A stretch of DNA of 64,000 nucleotides, taken from Mobula hypostoma. Lineage: Eukaryota. The notes under the pieces are model-generated. The model made no database searches. It saw only the letters and a list, made by a program, of their open reading frames with translations, and was not told the origin of the DNA. Position numbers and translations under genes: made by a program. The stretch's first letter is position 1; the number at the start of each line of letters is the position of its first letter. The stretch spans positions 91,762,001-91,826,000 of the forward strand of contig NC_086097.1 in the NCBI RefSeq assembly GCF_963921235.1, read 5' to 3'. Positions 61,946 to 64,000 of this stretch are shown piece by piece.

Positions 61946-63021
61946 AAGATCACTGTTACGGCATATTCTGGGGTTATGAAATATAGCCAATATTAATTTC
62001 AACAGCAACCAGTCTTCAGAGCTGAATATGGATTGTAGATTAAATTTTTCATGCATCTCAGAACAATGGCCTTCCTGGAGCTGCATTTTGGGTTTCATTG
62101 CAGACCAAGAAACACCCCATTGACCTGAGATACCTGCATATGCACAAATAAAGCTCAGAGACAGTGGTGATTAACATTCATTGTGGGTATGCTGGTGTGA
62201 AGACCTGGGTGTCTGAAAACTATATGCAACTCAAAGGAAGCATTTTGAATGCATTACAACTATAAAAATTGTCTTGTTGTCACCTTTGTTTTCTAACATC
62301 TAAAAGTGTGATGCAATATTGGGTCAGGGAGCCTCTGTCCAGTGTGCCTCCAAATACTTTTAGCTTGTGTGTGCCAAATAAAGACTTTTATACTACCAGC
62401 AGTATGTCTCTCTAGTGGCTTTTGTTGACAGTCATAACAATTACAGACACTAGAATTAAGGACACCCATAGTTACAAAGAAGTTTACATATTATTATTAA
62501 ATTCAAAGTCTGACATATGTACCCATGTTTATTCCTGTGAACAGCAGAACGCGTTTCATCTCTCTCCCCTTTAAGCAATTGCTCTTCCTTCTCAGTCTTT
62601 TGTGTTTTTGATACCATTCCTTACAATACTGTAGAAACATGATTATGATAGAGAAACTGTGTAAAATCAATGGACAGGAAAGGTTTAAATGGATATGAAA
62701 CAAATGCAAGCAAATGGGATGAGCTTTAGATGGGCATATTTACAGCAGGACCAGTTTGGCTCAAGGGCCTGTTTTTGTGCTGTATGACAATACTCAGAAT
62801 GTAACACTTCCAAGTAGGTGATGAGTTTGAGGCAAATTGCATAGATGAATTTAGGAAAACAGCTTTCTAGATGAGATTAGATTAAGGCTGGGAAGATGCT
62901 TCTATATACTATAAACACCACTGTAGACGTTGGGCCAAAAGTTGCGATTTCTGATTGAGGTAACTTCAAATATCAATGAAACAGTTTACACCATTTGAAC
63001 TTTTAACTGTGCATCCTGGGA

Positions 63022-63420
63022 CAATAGACAATAGGTGCAGGAGTAGGCCATTCAGCCCTTCGAGCCAGCACCACCATTCACTGTGATCATGGCTGATCAT
63101 CCACAATCCGTACCCTTTTCTTGCCTTCTCCCCATATTCCCTCACTCCACTATCTCTGAGAGCTCTATCTAACTCTTTTTTGAAAGAATCCAGAGAATTG
63201 GCCTCCACTGCCTTCTGAGGCAGAGCATTCCAGAGAACCACAACCCTCTGTGTGAAAAAGTTTTCCTCAACTCCGTTCTAAATTGTCTACCCCTTATTCT
63301 TACACTGTGGCCTCTGGTTCTGGACTCCCCCAACATCGGGAACATGTTTCCTGCCTCTAGCATGTCCAATCCCTTAATAATTTTATATGTTTCAATTAGA
63401 TCCCCTCTCATCCCTCTAAA
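63022..63420 (-). mobile_element. CR1-like 3' fragment
   Basis: MRGDLIETYKIIKGLD...FPMLGESRTRGHS; WNALPQKAVEA; tail (TATTGTC)n. Confidence 0.88.
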
Positions 63421-63486
63421 AGGAGGTATCATGCAAAATTAAATTGCAACTAACTCCACTAAATATAACATCACTATGAACTATAA

Positions 63487-63624
63487 ACATGAGAAAGTCT
63501 GCAGATGCTGGAAATCCAAAGCAACGCACATAAAATGCTGGAGGAACTCAGCAGGTCAGACAGCATCTATTGAAATGAATAAACAGTCAGTCAACATTTG
63601 GGGCCAAGACTCTTCTTCAAGACT
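63487..63624 (-). mobile_element. Solo Penelope pseudo-LTR piece with decayed hammerhead
   Basis: Same family as 60715-60848. Minus strand AGTC TTGAAGA AGAGTCTTGGCCC CAAA TGTT GACTG. Confidence 0.7.
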
Positions 63625-64000
63625 ATATTTGTGTTGCAGCACAACTCTTATAAAATCTGGAAAAGTTTATGTTGGTTTGTGTAAAGAATTATTACAAGTC
63701 ATCTCCAACCCAGAGTGAGAGAATAACATAAAGCAAAATTTAAAAGCAAATTTTAAGGCTAGGTTTTATCCTCCAATTTTGTGGAAGATAATAGAATTTT
63801 GATCATGAAGAAGTTTCCTTTCTGCTTTGTCACAAATGGCTATTCAAAATATTTCATGTACAAGTCCAATGCTTAAAAACACAATTGAAGAACATGCAAG
63901 GCTAGTTACTACCCAATGTTAATTCAGTTTGTCGATGAAGACACTGGACATTTATCCGGGGGAGACGTCGACTCAGACCATGAGAGGTCTGTGTCGGGGA

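Noticed and set aside
1..64000. CRISPR arrays, prokaryotic operons or endogenous viral genes
   Set aside because: No regularly spaced repeats and no long ORFs outside recognisable transposon families.

Overview
This is eukaryotic, AT-rich, intron- or intergenic-like DNA. The repeat complement (HE1/V-SINE-type SINEs, CR1/HER1-like LINEs, abundant Rex1 and Penelope-type repeats) suggests a cartilaginous fish such as a ray or shark (inference). I could not confidently identify a host protein-coding exon. Most recognisable ORFs in the track are fragments of transposable elements: CR1, Rex1/Babar, RTE, L1, RNase H-bearing I/Nimb-type LINEs, Penelope-like (GIY-YIG) elements, Tc1, pogo/Tigger, hAT-Charlie, a Harbinger-type MITE and Gypsy LTR pieces. 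Many are nested, with readable target-site duplications (TSDs). Four signals stand out. (1) A 367-bp TSD-flanked non-coding insert begins with a complete HDV-like ribozyme fold. (2) A minimal hammerhead ribozyme core is intact in a Penelope pseudo-LTR, and many decayed copies have boundaries at the ribozyme. (3) Two different I/Nimb-type LINEs are inserted at essentially the same nucleotide just upstream of a Tc1 transposase ATG, suggesting transposon-targeted insertion. (4) A hAT element carries captured Gypsy LTR/PPT sequence. Family names come from motif recognition, not database searches, and boundaries without a TSD/TIR are approximate.
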